Both the position numbers and the translations under genes were made by a program. Of a stretch of DNA of 64,000 bases, positions 10,506 to 20,977 are shown piece by piece. Position 1 is the first letter of the stretch. The number at the start of each line of letters is the position of its first letter. The stretch spans positions 40,862-104,861 of the forward strand of contig CALJVL010000019.1 of the NCBI GenBank assembly GCA_937773775.1. The letters are read 5' to 3'. The DNA is from an uncultured Flavobacterium sp. (GTDB taxonomy: Bacteria; Bacteroidota; Bacteroidia; Flavobacteriales; Flavobacteriaceae). The notes below the pieces were generated by a model. That model was not told where the DNA came from. It made no database searches and saw nothing but the letters and a program-made list of their open reading frames with translations.

Positions 10506-11003
10506 ATGGCTTCAATAACATTAGGAGGAAATCCAATAAATACATCAGGTGAATTACCAAAATTAGGTTCTCAACTGGCTGACTTTAAACTGGTACAAAA
10601 CGACCTTTCCATTGCTTCACTAAGCAATTTTGCGGGTAAGAAATTAATCTTAAACATATTTCCAAGTGTTGACACTGGAACTTGCGCTGCATCCGTTAGA
10701 AAATTTAATGAAAGTGCCGTGAATTTGGATAACACCGCAGTATTATGCATTTCAAGAGATTTACCTTTTGCACAAAAGCGCTTTTGCGGTGCTGAAGGAC
10801 TTGAAAACGTAGTTAACTTATCCGATTTTCAAGAAGGAGACTTCGGGAAAACAAATGGTTTGGAAATCGTCGATGGTCCCTTGGCCGGATTACATTCAAG
10901 AGTGCTTATTGTAGCAGATGCGAACGGAACAATTACCTATGTAGAGCAGGTGGCAGAAATTGCAGATGAACCAAATTATGAAGCTGCATTAGCTGCATTA
11001 TAA
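10506..11003 (+). CDS. tpx: Thiol peroxidase (atypical 2-Cys peroxiredoxin Tpx)
   Basis: 165 aa. PSVDTGTCA peroxidatic motif and LCISRDLPFAQKRFC resolving-Cys region. Confidence 0.9.
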   Translation: MASITLGGNPINTSGELPKLGSQLADFKLVQNDLSIASLSNFAGKKLILNIFPSVDTGTCAASVRKFNESAVNLDNTAVLCISRDLPFAQKRFCGAEGLENVVNLSDFQEGDFGKTNGLEIVDGPLAGLHSRVLIVADANGTITYVEQVAEIADEPNYEAALAAL

Positions 11004-11013
11004 CAGCAAATTA

Positions 11014-11388
11014 ATGGGATTTCAAAAAGATAATGCTTTTTTTACGGGAAGATTAAAAAGTGTATCCTTCGCTTTTAAAGGAGCTGTAAAATTAATCACT
11101 ACTGAACACAGCATAATGGTGCAATTTTCAATTGGAATTTTGTTGACCATTGGTGGTTTCTATTTTGGAATTACTACCACTGAGTGGCTTTTTCAAACGA
11201 TGGCTATTGGCTTAGTAATAAGCATTGAAGGACTGAACACCGCTGTAGAAAAAATAGCCGATTTTATTCATCCCAATTACGATGAAAAAATTGGCTTTAT
11301 AAAAGATATTGCCGCGGGAGCAGTTCTTTTTGCCGCTATAACTGCAGTAATTATAGGCTTAATCATTTACATTCCAAAACTTTCATAG
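11014..11388 (+). CDS. dgkA: Diacylglycerol kinase family membrane protein
   Basis: 124 aa with 3 TM segments. The EGLNTAVEKIADF motif is typical of DgkA. Confidence 0.75.
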   Translation: MGFQKDNAFFTGRLKSVSFAFKGAVKLITTEHSIMVQFSIGILLTIGGFYFGITTTEWLFQTMAIGLVISIEGLNTAVEKIADFIHPNYDEKIGFIKDIAAGAVLFAAITAVIIGLIIYIPKLS

Positions 11389-11407
11389 GTAATTAGCACA
11401 ATCAAGA

Positions 11408-13852
11408 ATGGCGAAAACAATAAAAAAGGAACCTTTAGACAAGAAAACAAATTCTAAAACTAAAGCAGAGAAATCTTGGGAAATAACAAAACAGCATAAA
11501 ATTGTTTTGGGGAGTCTTCTTATCTTATTTTCCGTCGCTTTATTGGTTGCGTTTATCTCCTTTTACATTCACGGACAAGCTGATCAAAGCGCCGTTGCCG
11601 AATTGACCGATAGAACCGAAACCGTTCAAAACTGGTTAGGCAAGTTTGGGGCCTTTCTGGCGGAAATCATCGTTTACAAAGGCTTTGGAATAGCTTCTTT
11701 CCTTTTTGTGCGATTGTTCTTCTTGACGGGACTCTTTCTTATTCTGGGAGTTTCTTCAAAAAAACTAAAAGGCATCTGGTTCTGGGATTTATTCGCTTTA
11801 ATAATCATATCTGTTTTATTCGGATTTTTTTCTACCTCATTACCAGAGTTAGGTGGTACTGTAGGTTATGAACTGAATTTGCTATTGCAGGATTATATCG
11901 GAAAAACAGGAACTTTACTGGTACTGCTTTTTGGACTCATTGTCTATCTGATGTTTAAAATCAAACTATCTCCGGAAAGAATCCAATCTTTTTTCGAAAA
12001 TACCAAAAATGAAATCAAATCAGATCTGGATTCAAATAAAAGCGGAAAAAGCCAAGCTTCCTACAATTTAGAGGAATTTGCAATAACCGAAGAAAAAGAA
12101 CTCGAAGATATTATTTTAAAGCCAAAAACTTCCCAATTTGAAGTTGACAGGGAATTGTTGAAGCCTACCATTTCAAAATCATCAGAAATCAACCTGACTC
12201 CAAGCCCCAAACCAACTGATAATCAAGTTACATCTGATGTTAACAACTCTAATGCTGCAGATAATTTTGTGATTCAAACTGCGCCAGAAGAGGAGATTAT
12301 TGAAGAGAATTTAGCATCTAGACTCGTTGCTGATTTTGGGCTATTTGATCCTACTTTGGATTTATCCAATTACAAATACCCCACAATTGATTTACTGAAA
12401 GACTATTCTACCGGTGGTATTACGATCAACCAAGAAGAACTCGAAGAAAATAAAAATAGGATTGTTGATACCCTTCGGAACTATAAAATTGAAATTGCAC
12501 AAATTAAAGCGACTGTTGGACCATCCGTAACCTTATATGAAATTGTCCCTGAAGCGGGAATACGCATTTCTAAAATCAAGAATCTTGAGGATGATATAGC
12601 CCTTTCGCTTTCGGCATTAGGGATCCGTATCATCGCCCCTATTCCAGGAAAAGGAACAATCGGAATCGAGGTTCCCAATAAGAACCCTTCGATGGTTTCT
12701 ATGAAAAGTGTTATCGGGTCAGCCAAGTTTCAAGAAGCTGAAATGGAACTGCCGATCGCTTTGGGGAAAACAATTTCGAATGAAACCTTTGTTGTCGATC
12801 TAGCTAAAATGCCCCATTTGTTGATGGCTGGAGCTACCGGTCAGGGGAAATCTGTTGGTCTAAACGCGGTTTTAACTTCTTTACTTTACAAGAAACACCC
12901 TGCAGAGGTTAAATTTGTTCTGGTTGATCCTAAAAAGGTAGAACTGACACTTTTCAATAAAATTGAAAGACATTATTTAGCCAAACTTCCTGATTCAGAG
13001 GATGCGATTCTTACTGATAATGCCAAGGTGGTAAATACCTTAAATTCGTTATGCATTGAAATGGACAACCGTTACTCGTTGTTGAAAGATGCGATGGTGC
13101 GAAACATAAAAGAATACAACGACAAGTTTAAAGCTCGCAAACTGAATCCGGACAATGGACACCGATTCTTGCCTTACATAGTGTTGGTTGTTGATGAGTT
13201 TGCAGATTTGATTATGACCGCTGGTAAAGAAGTGGAAGTTCCCATAGCGCGCTTAGCCCAATTGGCACGTGCCATAGGAATACATTTGATAATTGCGACA
13301 CAAAGACCTTCAGTCAACGTGATTACAGGTTTAATCAAAGCCAACTTCCCTGCTAGAATAGCCTTTAGGGTAACCTCAAAAATTGATTCTCGAACTATTT
13401 TGGATACCGCAGGCGCCGACCAATTAATAGGACGCGGTGATATGCTATATACCAATGGTAATGATGTAGTGCGTGTACAATGTGCTTTTATAGATACTCC
13501 AGAAGTTGAAAAGATTACTGATTTTATCGGTTCTCAAAAAGCATATGAAACTGCGTACGTGCTTCCCGAGTTTGTGGGAGAAGAAAGTGGCACTACTCTT
13601 GATACAGATATATCCGAAAGAGATACTTTGTTTAGAGAAGCAGCTGAGGTAATTGTTAACGCACAACAAGGTTCAGCATCATTGTTACAAAGAAAACTAA
13701 AATTAGGTTACAACAGAGCTGGTCGACTAATTGACCAACTTGAAGCAGCCGGAATTGTAGGACCTTTTGAAGGAAGCAAAGCACGTGGCGTAAACATCCA
13801 AGACATGAGTTCTCTTGATCAATTTTTTAAAAATGAACAAAACAATTTATAA
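11408..13852 (+). CDS. ftsK: DNA translocase FtsK
   Basis: 814 aa with N-terminal TM segments, Walker A GATGQGKSV, VVDEFADL Walker B, and a C-terminal gamma domain (SASLLQRKLKLGYNRAGRLIDQLE). Confidence 0.95.
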   Translation: MAKTIKKEPLDKKTNSKTKAEKSWEITKQHKIVLGSLLILFSVALLVAFISFYIHGQADQSAVAELTDRTETVQNWLGKFGAFLAEIIVYKGFGIASFLFVRLFFLTGLFLILGVSSKKLKGIWFWDLFALIIISVLFGFFSTSLPELGGTVGYELNLLLQDYIGKTGTLLVLLFGLIVYLMFKIKLSPERIQSFFENTKNEIKSDLDSNKSGKSQASYNLEEFAITEEKELEDIILKPKTSQFEVDRELLKPTISKSSEINLTPSPKPTDNQVTSDVNNSNAADNFVIQTAPEEEIIEENLASRLVADFGLFDPTLDLSNYKYPTIDLLKDYSTGGITINQEELEENKNRIVDTLRNYKIEIAQIKATVGPSVTLYEIVPEAGIRISKIKNLEDDIALSLSALGIRIIAPIPGKGTIGIEVPNKNPSMVSMKSVIGSAKFQEAEMELPIALGKTISNETFVVDLAKMPHLLMAGATGQGKSVGLNAVLTSLLYKKHPAEVKFVLVDPKKVELTLFNKIERHYLAKLPDSEDAILTDNAKVVNTLNSLCIEMDNRYSLLKDAMVRNIKEYNDKFKARKLNPDNGHRFLPYIVLVVDEFADLIMTAGKEVEVPIARLAQLARAIGIHLIIATQRPSVNVITGLIKANFPARIAFRVTSKIDSRTILDTAGADQLIGRGDMLYTNGNDVVRVQCAFIDTPEVEKITDFIGSQKAYETAYVLPEFVGEESGTTLDTDISERDTLFREAAEVIVNAQQGSASLLQRKLKLGYNRAGRLIDQLEAAGIVGPFEGSKARGVNIQDMSSLDQFFKNEQNNL

Positions 13853-13853
13853 T

Positions 13854-14495
13854 ATGAAAAAATTAATTCTAATTAGCTTTATTCTTCTTTTTAACTTTTC
13901 GACACAAGCACAAGATAAAAAGGCAAAAGCACTTTTAGATCAGGTAACTTCAAAAGTACGAAGCTATAACAATATAGTAATCGATTTTAAATACTCTTTG
14001 AACAACGCAAAGGAAAACATCAACCAAGACAGTAAAGGAAATGTTACTATGAAGGATGACCAATATGTCTTAAATTTTATGGGAATCACAAAAATTTTTG
14101 ATGGCAAGAAAACCTATACCATCGTGCCAGAAGATGAAGAAATATCAATATCACGCCTAAACGAAAAAGACGACAACGCAATTACCCCATCAAAAATGTT
14201 AACGTTTTTCAATAGCGGATACAAATATTCAATGGATATTCTGCAAGACGTAAGAGGAAGAAAAATACAATATATTAAATTGATTCCAACCAATGCCAAA
14301 GATCAAAGAAAAGAAATTCTCTTAGGTATTGATGTGCAAACCAAGCACATCTACAACTTAATAGAAATGGGAAAAAAAGGAACAAAAACCACTTTAACCG
14401 TTAATTCTTTTAAAACCAATCAGCCTTTGTCAAAAAATCAATTTACCTTTGCCGAGAGTAAATATCCAAATTACTACATCAATAAATTAGATTAA
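13854..14495 (+). CDS. LolA-like outer-membrane lipoprotein carrier protein
   Basis: The ORF track starts at 13815, inside ftsK. The ATG at 13854 gives MKKLILISFILLFNFSTQAQ (signal peptide) 2 nt after the ftsK stop. Size and position after ftsK are typical for lolA. Confidence 0.65.
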   Translation: MKKLILISFILLFNFSTQAQDKKAKALLDQVTSKVRSYNNIVIDFKYSLNNAKENINQDSKGNVTMKDDQYVLNFMGITKIFDGKKTYTIVPEDEEISISRLNEKDDNAITPSKMLTFFNSGYKYSMDILQDVRGRKIQYIKLIPTNAKDQRKEILLGIDVQTKHIYNLIEMGKKGTKTTLTVNSFKTNQPLSKNQFTFAESKYPNYYINKLD

Positions 14496-14503
14496 ATTAT
14501 TAG

Positions 14504-15946
14504 GTGAAAATTCTCGACAAATACTTATTAAAAACATTCCTGATCACATTTACTACTGTATTTGTAATCTTATTTTTTATATTCATACTTCAGACTGTCT
14601 GGCTATTTATAGCCGAACTAGCCGGTAAAGACCTGGATATGTCATTAATAATCAAGTTTTTACTGTTTTCGATGCCTCGAATAATCCCCTTGGTATTACC
14701 ACTATCCATTTTGTTAGCATCAATAATGACTTTCGGGAATCTAGCTGAAAACTATGAGTTTGCTGCCATGAAATCTTCTGGTATCTCTTTACAAAGAGCG
14801 ATGAGGGGTCTCACTGTATTTATATTGTTGCTAAGCATAGTGGCTTTCTTTTTTGCCAATAATGTAATCCCCTTTGCGGAATATAAGTTTATAAATTTTA
14901 GAAAAAATATTGCACAGGTCAAACCAGCCATGGCCATAACAGAAGGCCAGTTTAGCGATGTGGGACTTTACAACATAAAAGTGAATAAAAAATCGGGCGC
15001 TAACGGCAATATATTAACCGGTATTACCATTCATAAAAAATCTAACATAGGTGACGGAAGTAAGACCGTAATCAAAGCTAAAGATGGAGAACTGATCAGC
15101 AGTGAAGAATCAAGCATACTGCAATTAGTGCTAAATGATGGTAATTATTATGAAGACCTCGTTCCCAAGAAATATGAAGACCGCAATAAATTGCCCTTTG
15201 CAAAAAGCGCCTTCAAAAAATACACAATCAATATTGACTTATCTCAACTAAACAAGGTAGATATTGACGATCAGAATATTGATAACACCAATACTATGTT
15301 GACCGTAAATGAATTGAAATATACTCTCGATTCATTAGATAAAAATTTCAAAACAGAAATCATTTCATTTTCTGAAAACATAAATCTAAGGACCGGAATA
15401 CCACAAAATAATGTTTATACCGACAAACAACTTAAAAAAGCTCATAAAAAACTTCCTTCAAACATATTGTCATTATACACTACTGAACAAAAATCAGAAA
15501 TCTTAAAAATAGCAAGCAGTAATGTTACCAGCACAGGCTATTCTATTGACGCAACAAAAGTCAATCTAGACAACAAACAGAAAAATATCAACAATCATTT
15601 ACTGGCATTCTACGATAAGTTCGTAATCGCATTCGCTTGTTTTATGATGTTTTTTATAGGAGCCCCTCTAGGCGCCATTATCAGGAAAGGCGGACTTGGA
15701 CTACCCATTATTTTTGCTGTTCTAATATTCATTTCGTATCATTTCATAAACACTTTTGGAAAAAAAATAGCTCAAGAAAACGGTATATCCCCTTTTATGG
15801 GTTCATGGATGTCTTCTTTTATTTTGTCTCCATTAGCCATTCTGTTGACTTACAGAGCAACAAATGACATCGGATTAATAAATATGGAGGTTGTTTTAGC
15901 TCCAATTCAAAAAATATTCAAAAAATTATTTCCATCCAAAAAATAA
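14504..15946 (+). CDS. LptF/LptG (YjgP/YjgQ) family permease
   Basis: 480 aa with a GTG start. N-terminal and C-terminal TM bundles flank a large periplasmic insert. [12 protein letters not shown] is a typical family N-terminus. Confidence 0.75.
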   Translation: MKILDKYLLKTFLITFTTVFVILFFIFILQTVWLFIAELAGKDLDMSLIIKFLLFSMPRIIPLVLPLSILLASIMTFGNLAENYEFAAMKSSGISLQRAMRGLTVFILLLSIVAFFFANNVIPFAEYKFINFRKNIAQVKPAMAITEGQFSDVGLYNIKVNKKSGANGNILTGITIHKKSNIGDGSKTVIKAKDGELISSEESSILQLVLNDGNYYEDLVPKKYEDRNKLPFAKSAFKKYTINIDLSQLNKVDIDDQNIDNTNTMLTVNELKYTLDSLDKNFKTEIISFSENINLRTGIPQNNVYTDKQLKKAHKKLPSNILSLYTTEQKSEILKIASSNVTSTGYSIDATKVNLDNKQKNINNHLLAFYDKFVIAFACFMMFFIGAPLGAIIRKGGLGLPIIFAVLIFISYHFINTFGKKIAQENGISPFMGSWMSSFILSPLAILLTYRATNDIGLINMEVVLAPIQKIFKKLFPSKK

Positions 15947-15955
15947 AAAATTAGC

Positions 15956-17089
15956 ATGGTCACAAATAAAATACAACTTAACACGATTGAAGAAGCAATA
16001 GAAGACATTCGACAAGGGAAAATTATCATTGTTGTCGATGACGAGGATCGTGAAAACGAAGGAGATTTTTTGGCGGCAGCCGAGAAAGTAACACCCGAAA
16101 TGATCAACTTTATGGCAACTCACGGACGCGGATTAATTTGTGCACCATTGACGGAAAGCCGTTGTAAAGAATTAGGGCTACACGTAATGGTAACGAACAA
16201 TACCGACCCAATGGAAACTGCTTTTACAGTTTCCGTCGATCTAAGAGGTAATGGGGTAACCACCGGCATTTCTGCCTCTGACAGGGCCAAAACGGTATTG
16301 TCATTAGCACATACGGATACCAAACCACATGATTTAGCAAGACCTGGACATATATTCCCGTTAATTGCAAAACAAGGTGGTGTCCTCAGAAGAACCGGCC
16401 ATACCGAAGCAGCCATCGACTTTGCTCGTTTGGCAGGTTTCAAATCGGCAGGTGTTATCGTAGAAATAATGAATGAAGACGGTACCATGGCCCGTTTGCC
16501 TCAGTTGGCAAAAGTAGCTAAGAAATTCAATTTGAAATTGGTTTCTATAGAAGCTCTTGTAGCCTACAGAATGCAACATGACAGTCTGATTGTCAAGAAA
16601 GAAGATTACGACATAGAAACTCGTTTTGGGACTTTCCGCCTTAGAGCTTACGAACAAACTACCAACAAACAGATTCATATTGCTTTAACGAAAGGTACTT
16701 GGAATTTAGGCGATTCCGTTTTAACGAGAATCCATTCTTCACAAGTAAATAATGATTTATTAGGTACTTTGACCAATAATGCAGATAAACAATTGGACGA
16801 TATGTTTAAGGTCATTACCGCGCAAGGAAAAGGCGCGATAATCTTTATTAACCAAGACATGTTATCTGTAAATTTATTGAATCGTCTGGCTGAACTAAAA
16901 ATATTACAAGCAACAGGAGAAATAAAAGCACCAAAAATTAAGATTGATAGCAAGGACTTTGGAATTGGCGCTCAAATTCTTCATGATATAGATATTTCTA
17001 AGATTCGATTAGTATCTAATACTGAACAAGGAAAACGTGTCGGAATGATAGGATACGGCCTAGAAATCACAGAATACGTAACGTACTAA
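15956..17089 (+). CDS. ribBA: Bifunctional 3,4-dihydroxy-2-butanone-4-phosphate synthase / GTP cyclohydrolase II-like protein
   Basis: 377 aa. The DHBP synthase motifs [11 protein letters not shown] and [17 protein letters not shown] are followed by a RibA-like C-terminal domain. Confidence 0.9.
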   Translation: MVTNKIQLNTIEEAIEDIRQGKIIIVVDDEDRENEGDFLAAAEKVTPEMINFMATHGRGLICAPLTESRCKELGLHVMVTNNTDPMETAFTVSVDLRGNGVTTGISASDRAKTVLSLAHTDTKPHDLARPGHIFPLIAKQGGVLRRTGHTEAAIDFARLAGFKSAGVIVEIMNEDGTMARLPQLAKVAKKFNLKLVSIEALVAYRMQHDSLIVKKEDYDIETRFGTFRLRAYEQTTNKQIHIALTKGTWNLGDSVLTRIHSSQVNNDLLGTLTNNADKQLDDMFKVITAQGKGAIIFINQDMLSVNLLNRLAELKILQATGEIKAPKIKIDSKDFGIGAQILHDIDISKIRLVSNTEQGKRVGMIGYGLEITEYVTY

Positions 17090-17194
17090 TTACATTTATA
17101 TTTGTTTGTAAAAAATAAATCACTCATAAAGCGAAGAAAATGAAACAATTAAAAAGGGGACTGAAAAATAGCCAAACTTTTTATCTAAATTGTT

Positions 17195-17224
17195 TTTGTA
17201 AACCGAAAAAGGTGCTTATATTTG
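17195..17224 (+). promoter_or_regulatory. Candidate Bacteroidota sigma-A promoter for tRNA-Ser (-33 TTTG, -7 TATATTTG)
   Basis: TTTG at 17195-17198 and TATATTTG at 17217-17224, with an 18-nt spacer. The tRNA starts 31 nt downstream. Confidence 0.45.
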
Positions 17225-17254
17225 CACTCGCAATCAGCAAATGATTGTGCGACT

Positions 17255-17342
17255 GGAGAAATGGCAGAGCGGTCGAATGCGGCAGTCTTGAAAACTGTTG
17301 ACTGTTACAGGTCCGGGGGTTCGAATCCCTCTTTCTCCGCCA
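17255..17342 (+). tRNA. tRNA-Ser (anticodon UGA)
   Basis: Hand-folded. Acceptor GGAGAAA/TTTCTCC, anticodon arm GCAGT-CTTGAAA-ACTGT (anticodon TGA), long variable arm, T arm GGGGG-TTCGAAT-CCCTC, encoded CCA. Confidence 0.9.
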
Positions 17343-17372
17343 CATAAGGTTTCAAAAGAAACTTTACAAGTC

Positions 17373-17406
17373 AAAAGCCTTTAAATACTAGTATTTAAAG
17401 GCTTTT
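17373..17406 (+). terminator. Perfect palindrome / terminator after the tRNA
   Basis: AAAAGCCTTTAAATAC TAGT ATTTAAAGGCTTTTT, a 14-15 bp stem followed by a T run. Confidence 0.6.
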
Positions 17407-17452
17407 TCGTTTTTTGTAATGTGTCAAAAAACACCTATAGAATCAAAGAACA

Positions 17453-17539
17453 GTGACCCTATTGGTGACCCTATTTTATTTTCAGCTATTTTCGAGAAAA
17501 TAGGGTCACTAAATCGGAAGAATTCCCCGGGAATTCCCC
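17453..17539 (+). repeat. Cluster of short direct and inverted repeats between tRNA and integrase (candidate recombinase/accessory-factor binding sites)
   Basis: GTGACCCTATT at 17453 and 17465 (direct). AATAGGGTCAC at 17499 (inverted). GAATTCCCC at 17520 and 17531 (direct). Confidence 0.5.
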
Positions 17540-17603
17540 GCTATCACTAGCCACTCTCAAAGTTTTTAAATCAATTTGATTATTAATTTAAAAACAAGAA
17601 GTT

Positions 17604-18824
17604 ATGTTGAAAGTAATTTTTTATCTCAAAGCTGGAAAAGCTAACAAGAAGGGCGAATCTCCAATTTTTGCCCGCATCTCTTACAACCAACAGTCAATCA
17701 CAATGACTACTGGCAAATCAATTCTAAAAGAAAGGTGGAAGTTTACCAAAAACCTTCGAACGGTGCTTAGACTTGAAAAGGAAAAGGTGTTAAAACACAG
17801 TCTGGATCTTTTCCAATTGAATATCGAAAAGAAATTTAATGAGCTAACCAAGGTGACTTCTGATATTTCACTGGTACAGCTTAAAAATGAGTTTAACGGT
17901 AAAACCACTAGTCAAGTAAAAGGTTCAAGCATCGTAGAAATAATAGATAAGCACAATGCTTACTTTGAAAAAAAAGTAAACGCTGGAGAGCGCTCTAAAG
18001 CTTCCTTCAAAAAGTATGGACGTTCTAGGCAATTACTCGTCAACTTTATGAAACAGCAATACGGCGTCGAAGACCTTTCTTCAAATGAGATTTCCAGCGC
18101 TTTTGTTTATAATCTCGAATCATATCTAAAGTACGAAAGTAATTTTAAAGGAAAAGTAGGCATCAAAAATAACTCGATGGTAAAGTATATGAGAATGTAT
18201 AAAACTGCCTGTAATTACTGTATAAGAATGGGATTGATAGAGAAGAATCCATTTAATCTTTACGATGGAAAATTGAGTATCAAAGATGCTGTATTTTTAA
18301 CACAAAACGAATTAGATGGAATAGAGAATAAGAAATTTTCAGTGGAACGCTTGGAGCGTGTTAAGGATGTTTTCCTTTTTAGTTGCTACACTGGTTACGC
18401 CCCCATTGATGCCTCTAACCTTACGGAAAGTAATATATTTCAAGATAGTAGTGATGCACTTTGGATTATGACAAATAGGGCTAAAACAGCAATAAGAGCT
18501 AACGTCCCTATCCTTCCCCCTACCCTGAAGATTATTAATAAGTACAAACAGCTTCAAATTGGATTGATACCTAAGATATCCAATCAAAAAATGAATGCTT
18601 ATCTTAAAGAAATTGCTGATTTGTGTGGTATAACTAAAAATTTGACGTGGTATGTGGCCAGACATACGTTCGCAACTACGGTAACCTTAGGTAACGGTGT
18701 CAGGATAGAAAATGTTTCTTCAATGATGGGTCATACTAATATTAAACAGACACAGCATTATGCAAAAGTATTAGATGTAAACGTAATGGAAGACATGACC
18801 AAATTAAAGGTAAAATATATGTAA
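17604..18824 (+). CDS. int: Tyrosine site-specific integrase (Bacteroidota conjugative-transposon type)
   Basis: 406 aa with an N-terminal arm-binding-like domain. Catalytic-region motifs ARHTFATT and MMGHTNIKQTQHYAKV. Confidence 0.9.
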   Translation: MLKVIFYLKAGKANKKGESPIFARISYNQQSITMTTGKSILKERWKFTKNLRTVLRLEKEKVLKHSLDLFQLNIEKKFNELTKVTSDISLVQLKNEFNGKTTSQVKGSSIVEIIDKHNAYFEKKVNAGERSKASFKKYGRSRQLLVNFMKQQYGVEDLSSNEISSAFVYNLESYLKYESNFKGKVGIKNNSMVKYMRMYKTACNYCIRMGLIEKNPFNLYDGKLSIKDAVFLTQNELDGIENKKFSVERLERVKDVFLFSCYTGYAPIDASNLTESNIFQDSSDALWIMTNRAKTAIRANVPILPPTLKIINKYKQLQIGLIPKISNQKMNAYLKEIADLCGITKNLTWYVARHTFATTVTLGNGVRIENVSSMMGHTNIKQTQHYAKVLDVNVMEDMTKLKVKYM

Positions 18825-18875
18825 CTTCACTTTACTAAAGAAAATGTTCCATTTAAAATAACATATATGTTCAAT

Positions 18876-18909
18876 AAAAAAATGGATTCCTGTGGGAATC
18901 CATTTTTTT
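18876..18909. terminator. Bidirectional hairpin terminator between convergent int and HTH genes
   Basis: AAAAATGGATTCC TGTG GGAATCCATTTTTTT. Confidence 0.6.
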
Positions 18910-19015
18910 ATACATCAATTATAGAAATTCATCAAAAATTATTTTTCTTTATTTTTAACATCTAATAATTAACTAATTATTCTACCTAACTCTTTTTATT
19001 TTTGATATTATTAAT

Positions 19016-19306
19016 TCATTCTCCATTTTTATTGAGTAATTTTTCTATTTTACTTGCCTCATACAAAAATATATCACCGAGCTTTGTATATGGAAGCACA
19101 CCTGTTTGGCGGTATTTGATAATTGTGTTATTAGATAACCCGAATATTTTCTTTAAATCTTCATTCCTATAGTATCGTAACCTTGGCTTTACATCTTGAC
19201 CATTAATCTTAGAATCAATTTTTTCCAGTCGGGCTTGCAACGGCTCAAGCATATTTTTAATTGCTGACAAATATGCGAATATATTCGCTTTTCCTTCTTT
19301 AGACAT
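19016..19306 (-). CDS. Helix-turn-helix DNA-binding protein (excisionase/HTH_17-like)
   Basis: 96 aa. The C-terminal KKIFGLSNNTIIKYRQTGVLPYTKLGDIFLY matches excisionase-type HTH proteins of conjugative transposons. Confidence 0.55.
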   Translation of the reverse strand: MSKEGKANIFAYLSAIKNMLEPLQARLEKIDSKINGQDVKPRLRYYRNEDLKKIFGLSNNTIIKYRQTGVLPYTKLGDIFLYEASKIEKLLNKNGE

Positions 19307-19381
19307 GATCTATGAGTTTTTTATTAGTTAAAACAGAGAATGAAGATTAATGGGTTTTTCAAACATCTTTAGAGTAAATTA

Positions 19382-19819
19382 TTATTTAAATGCAATCTTT
19401 TCTCTTCGTTTTTGGAGTACTTCAATAATTTGATCTAGAAATTTCAATTGTTTATCCCCATATGTAAACCCCTTAGCTTCTGAAAATTGTTTACTTATTG
19501 TACCGATACTAACTTGATTGCCTAAATCTCCAAAATAGGTAAAATTTTCTTCAATAAATTCCTGCATTTTACTTCTATTCTGCTTTGAGTTTTTATCGTC
19601 AAAAAACAAAACATTCTCATCCATTAGGATGTAGAAGAGTTGTGCTAGTTCATTTTTATTATAATGAGAAGCACATTTATACTTTGTTACTTTCATTATA
19701 ACAGCCTCTCTATTTGTACTATTGGATAGCCTTAATCCTAGTAATGACTCGAATTGTTCTATCTTGGTGAATAGCACTCGTACCGAAACCGAAAGCTCGT
19801 TAACTGTTACTTTTTTCAT
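19382..19819 (-). CDS. Hypothetical protein (ICE-associated)
   Basis: The ORF track gives 19382-19927. The internal start MKKVTVNELS at 19819 avoids an 83-nt overlap with the upstream gene. No motif recognised. Confidence 0.4.
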   Translation of the reverse strand: MKKVTVNELSVSVRVLFTKIEQFESLLGLRLSNSTNREAVIMKVTKYKCASHYNKNELAQLFYILMDENVLFFDDKNSKQNRSKMQEFIEENFTYFGDLGNQVSIGTISKQFSEAKGFTYGDKQLKFLDQIIEVLQKRREKIAFK

Positions 19820-19844
19820 CTTGCTTTTATATTGAAATTCTGGG

Positions 19845-20144
19845 CTATAAACTAGGTACCGAACAGGAAAAATAAATCTTGCTTGCCTGATTTCTTTTAA
19901 AAGAGGGTTCGTACTTAATATAGCCATAATCGTTTAGCTCTCTTACACATTTATGATAAGTGCTTGATGCGGATATTTTTGCTATTCGCATAATTTCATA
20001 ACTAAAAACCTGTATAGGACTAGTAAAACCCCTATCCTCACTATATTTCAATAAAGCGGCATACACACCGATATGCGTAATACTGATACGGTAATCCTTT
20101 TCAATAGCTGAAAAGAAATCTGATAAGGGTTTTAGACTTTCCAT
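19845..20144 (-). CDS. Hypothetical protein, probable winged-helix DNA-binding protein
   Basis: 99 aa. THIGVYAALLKY...ISASSTYHKCVRELNDYGYIKYEPSF resembles small wHTH proteins common on Bacteroidota mobile elements. Confidence 0.4.
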   Translation of the reverse strand: MESLKPLSDFFSAIEKDYRISITHIGVYAALLKYSEDRGFTSPIQVFSYEIMRIAKISASSTYHKCVRELNDYGYIKYEPSFKRNQASKIYFSCSVPSL

Positions 20145-20150
20145 TATTTA

Positions 20151-20951
20151 TCACATTGAATTAGACTGCTTTTTTATTTTTTTTTTTGCCTTAGGTACGT
20201 CAGGCTCTTCACTATCGGTATTTGTCTCTCGTTTTTTACTGCCCTGTTTAACGGAAACCTTGTCGCCTTTTCTCTGTTTTTCTCCTTTAGACTCTCGATT
20301 ATCAATACGCTTCCTATTTGTATCGTACACATTGATTGTCTTGAACTGGGGATTGACTTCAACAAATTGCTTAACCTCGCTGCCATCCTTCAAAAATGTA
20401 GCAGATTGAAGATTTCCTTTTTTCAGAGAATCCATTAAATCCTCTTTGTATTTTGGAGTTTCTAATTCTTTTATAGGTAACTTACCTAGGGTAGCTTCAA
20501 GATCATACCCATAATTCTGATGATACTGGTTTAGCTTGAAGTTACCATTACTATCTGTTTGCTTAAAATCCATCTGCACCCAAGAATTATAAACCTGACC
20601 TTCTTTGTTGGTTAGTTCTTTATTGACTGCTCTTCCTTCCATTAGATTATACGCTTCTTTCATGGTAATATTACTCCCTTTATTAATATAGAAAGTCTGC
20701 TCCAGTGATTCTTTAGAATTGTCTTTCTGTACATCCATCTTGTAAGAATTAAAAAAAAACATCTCAGTCTGATCTGATTTTTTAAAACTTAATGTCGCTT
20801 TGGCACGATCTGTACCGTACAGCACTTCATGGTTTAATGTAAAATTAGAGGTTTGTTGTTGCATTTTCTCCTTCAATTCATTATCCAAACCTTCTCCAAA
20901 ACCAGTGTACTTAACCTGGTTACGCAAGTATTCAAAATTTTTTTCGTTCAT
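20151..20951 (-). CDS. Hypothetical protein with Lys-rich C-terminal tail (ICE-associated, downstream of traN)
   Basis: 266-aa ORF with no signal peptide. The basic tail is KGEKQRKGDKVSVKQGSKKRETNTDSEEPDVPKAKKKIKKQ. Confidence 0.4.
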   Translation of the reverse strand: MNEKNFEYLRNQVKYTGFGEGLDNELKEKMQQQTSNFTLNHEVLYGTDRAKATLSFKKSDQTEMFFFNSYKMDVQKDNSKESLEQTFYINKGSNITMKEAYNLMEGRAVNKELTNKEGQVYNSWVQMDFKQTDSNGNFKLNQYHQNYGYDLEATLGKLPIKELETPKYKEDLMDSLKKGNLQSATFLKDGSEVKQFVEVNPQFKTINVYDTNRKRIDNRESKGEKQRKGDKVSVKQGSKKRETNTDSEEPDVPKAKKKIKKQSNSM

Positions 20952-20977
20952 GATTCTTATATTTAAATGATTAATAG

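Noticed and set aside
13815-13853. Upstream start for the LolA-like ORF, overlapping the ftsK 3' end.
   Set aside because: The extension (MINFLKMNKTIYN) precedes a canonical signal peptide that starts at ATG 13854, right after the ftsK stop.
15947-15955. I looked for an FMN riboswitch upstream of ribBA.
   Set aside because: Only 9 nt separate ribBA from the preceding gene, so there is no room for a riboswitch. The gene is probably co-transcribed.
17604-18824. I considered whether the tRNA-adjacent tyrosine recombinase could be the integron integrase for the cassette array.
   Set aside because: It lies about 20 kb from the nearest cassette and on the far side of the tra operon. It has the N-terminal arm-binding-type region typical of Bacteroidota CTn integrases and sits at a tRNA junction. 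Nothing in the sequence suggests IntI, though this cannot be formally excluded without a profile search.
19820-19927. N-terminal extension of ORF 19382-19927, overlapping the upstream gene by 83 nt. I also considered a possible frameshift fusion of the two ORFs.
   Set aside because: An internal ATG with a plausible N-terminus (MKKVTVNEL) removes the overlap. The upstream 99-aa protein ends where similar small wHTH proteins end. No homopolymer or frame-restoring reading was evident.
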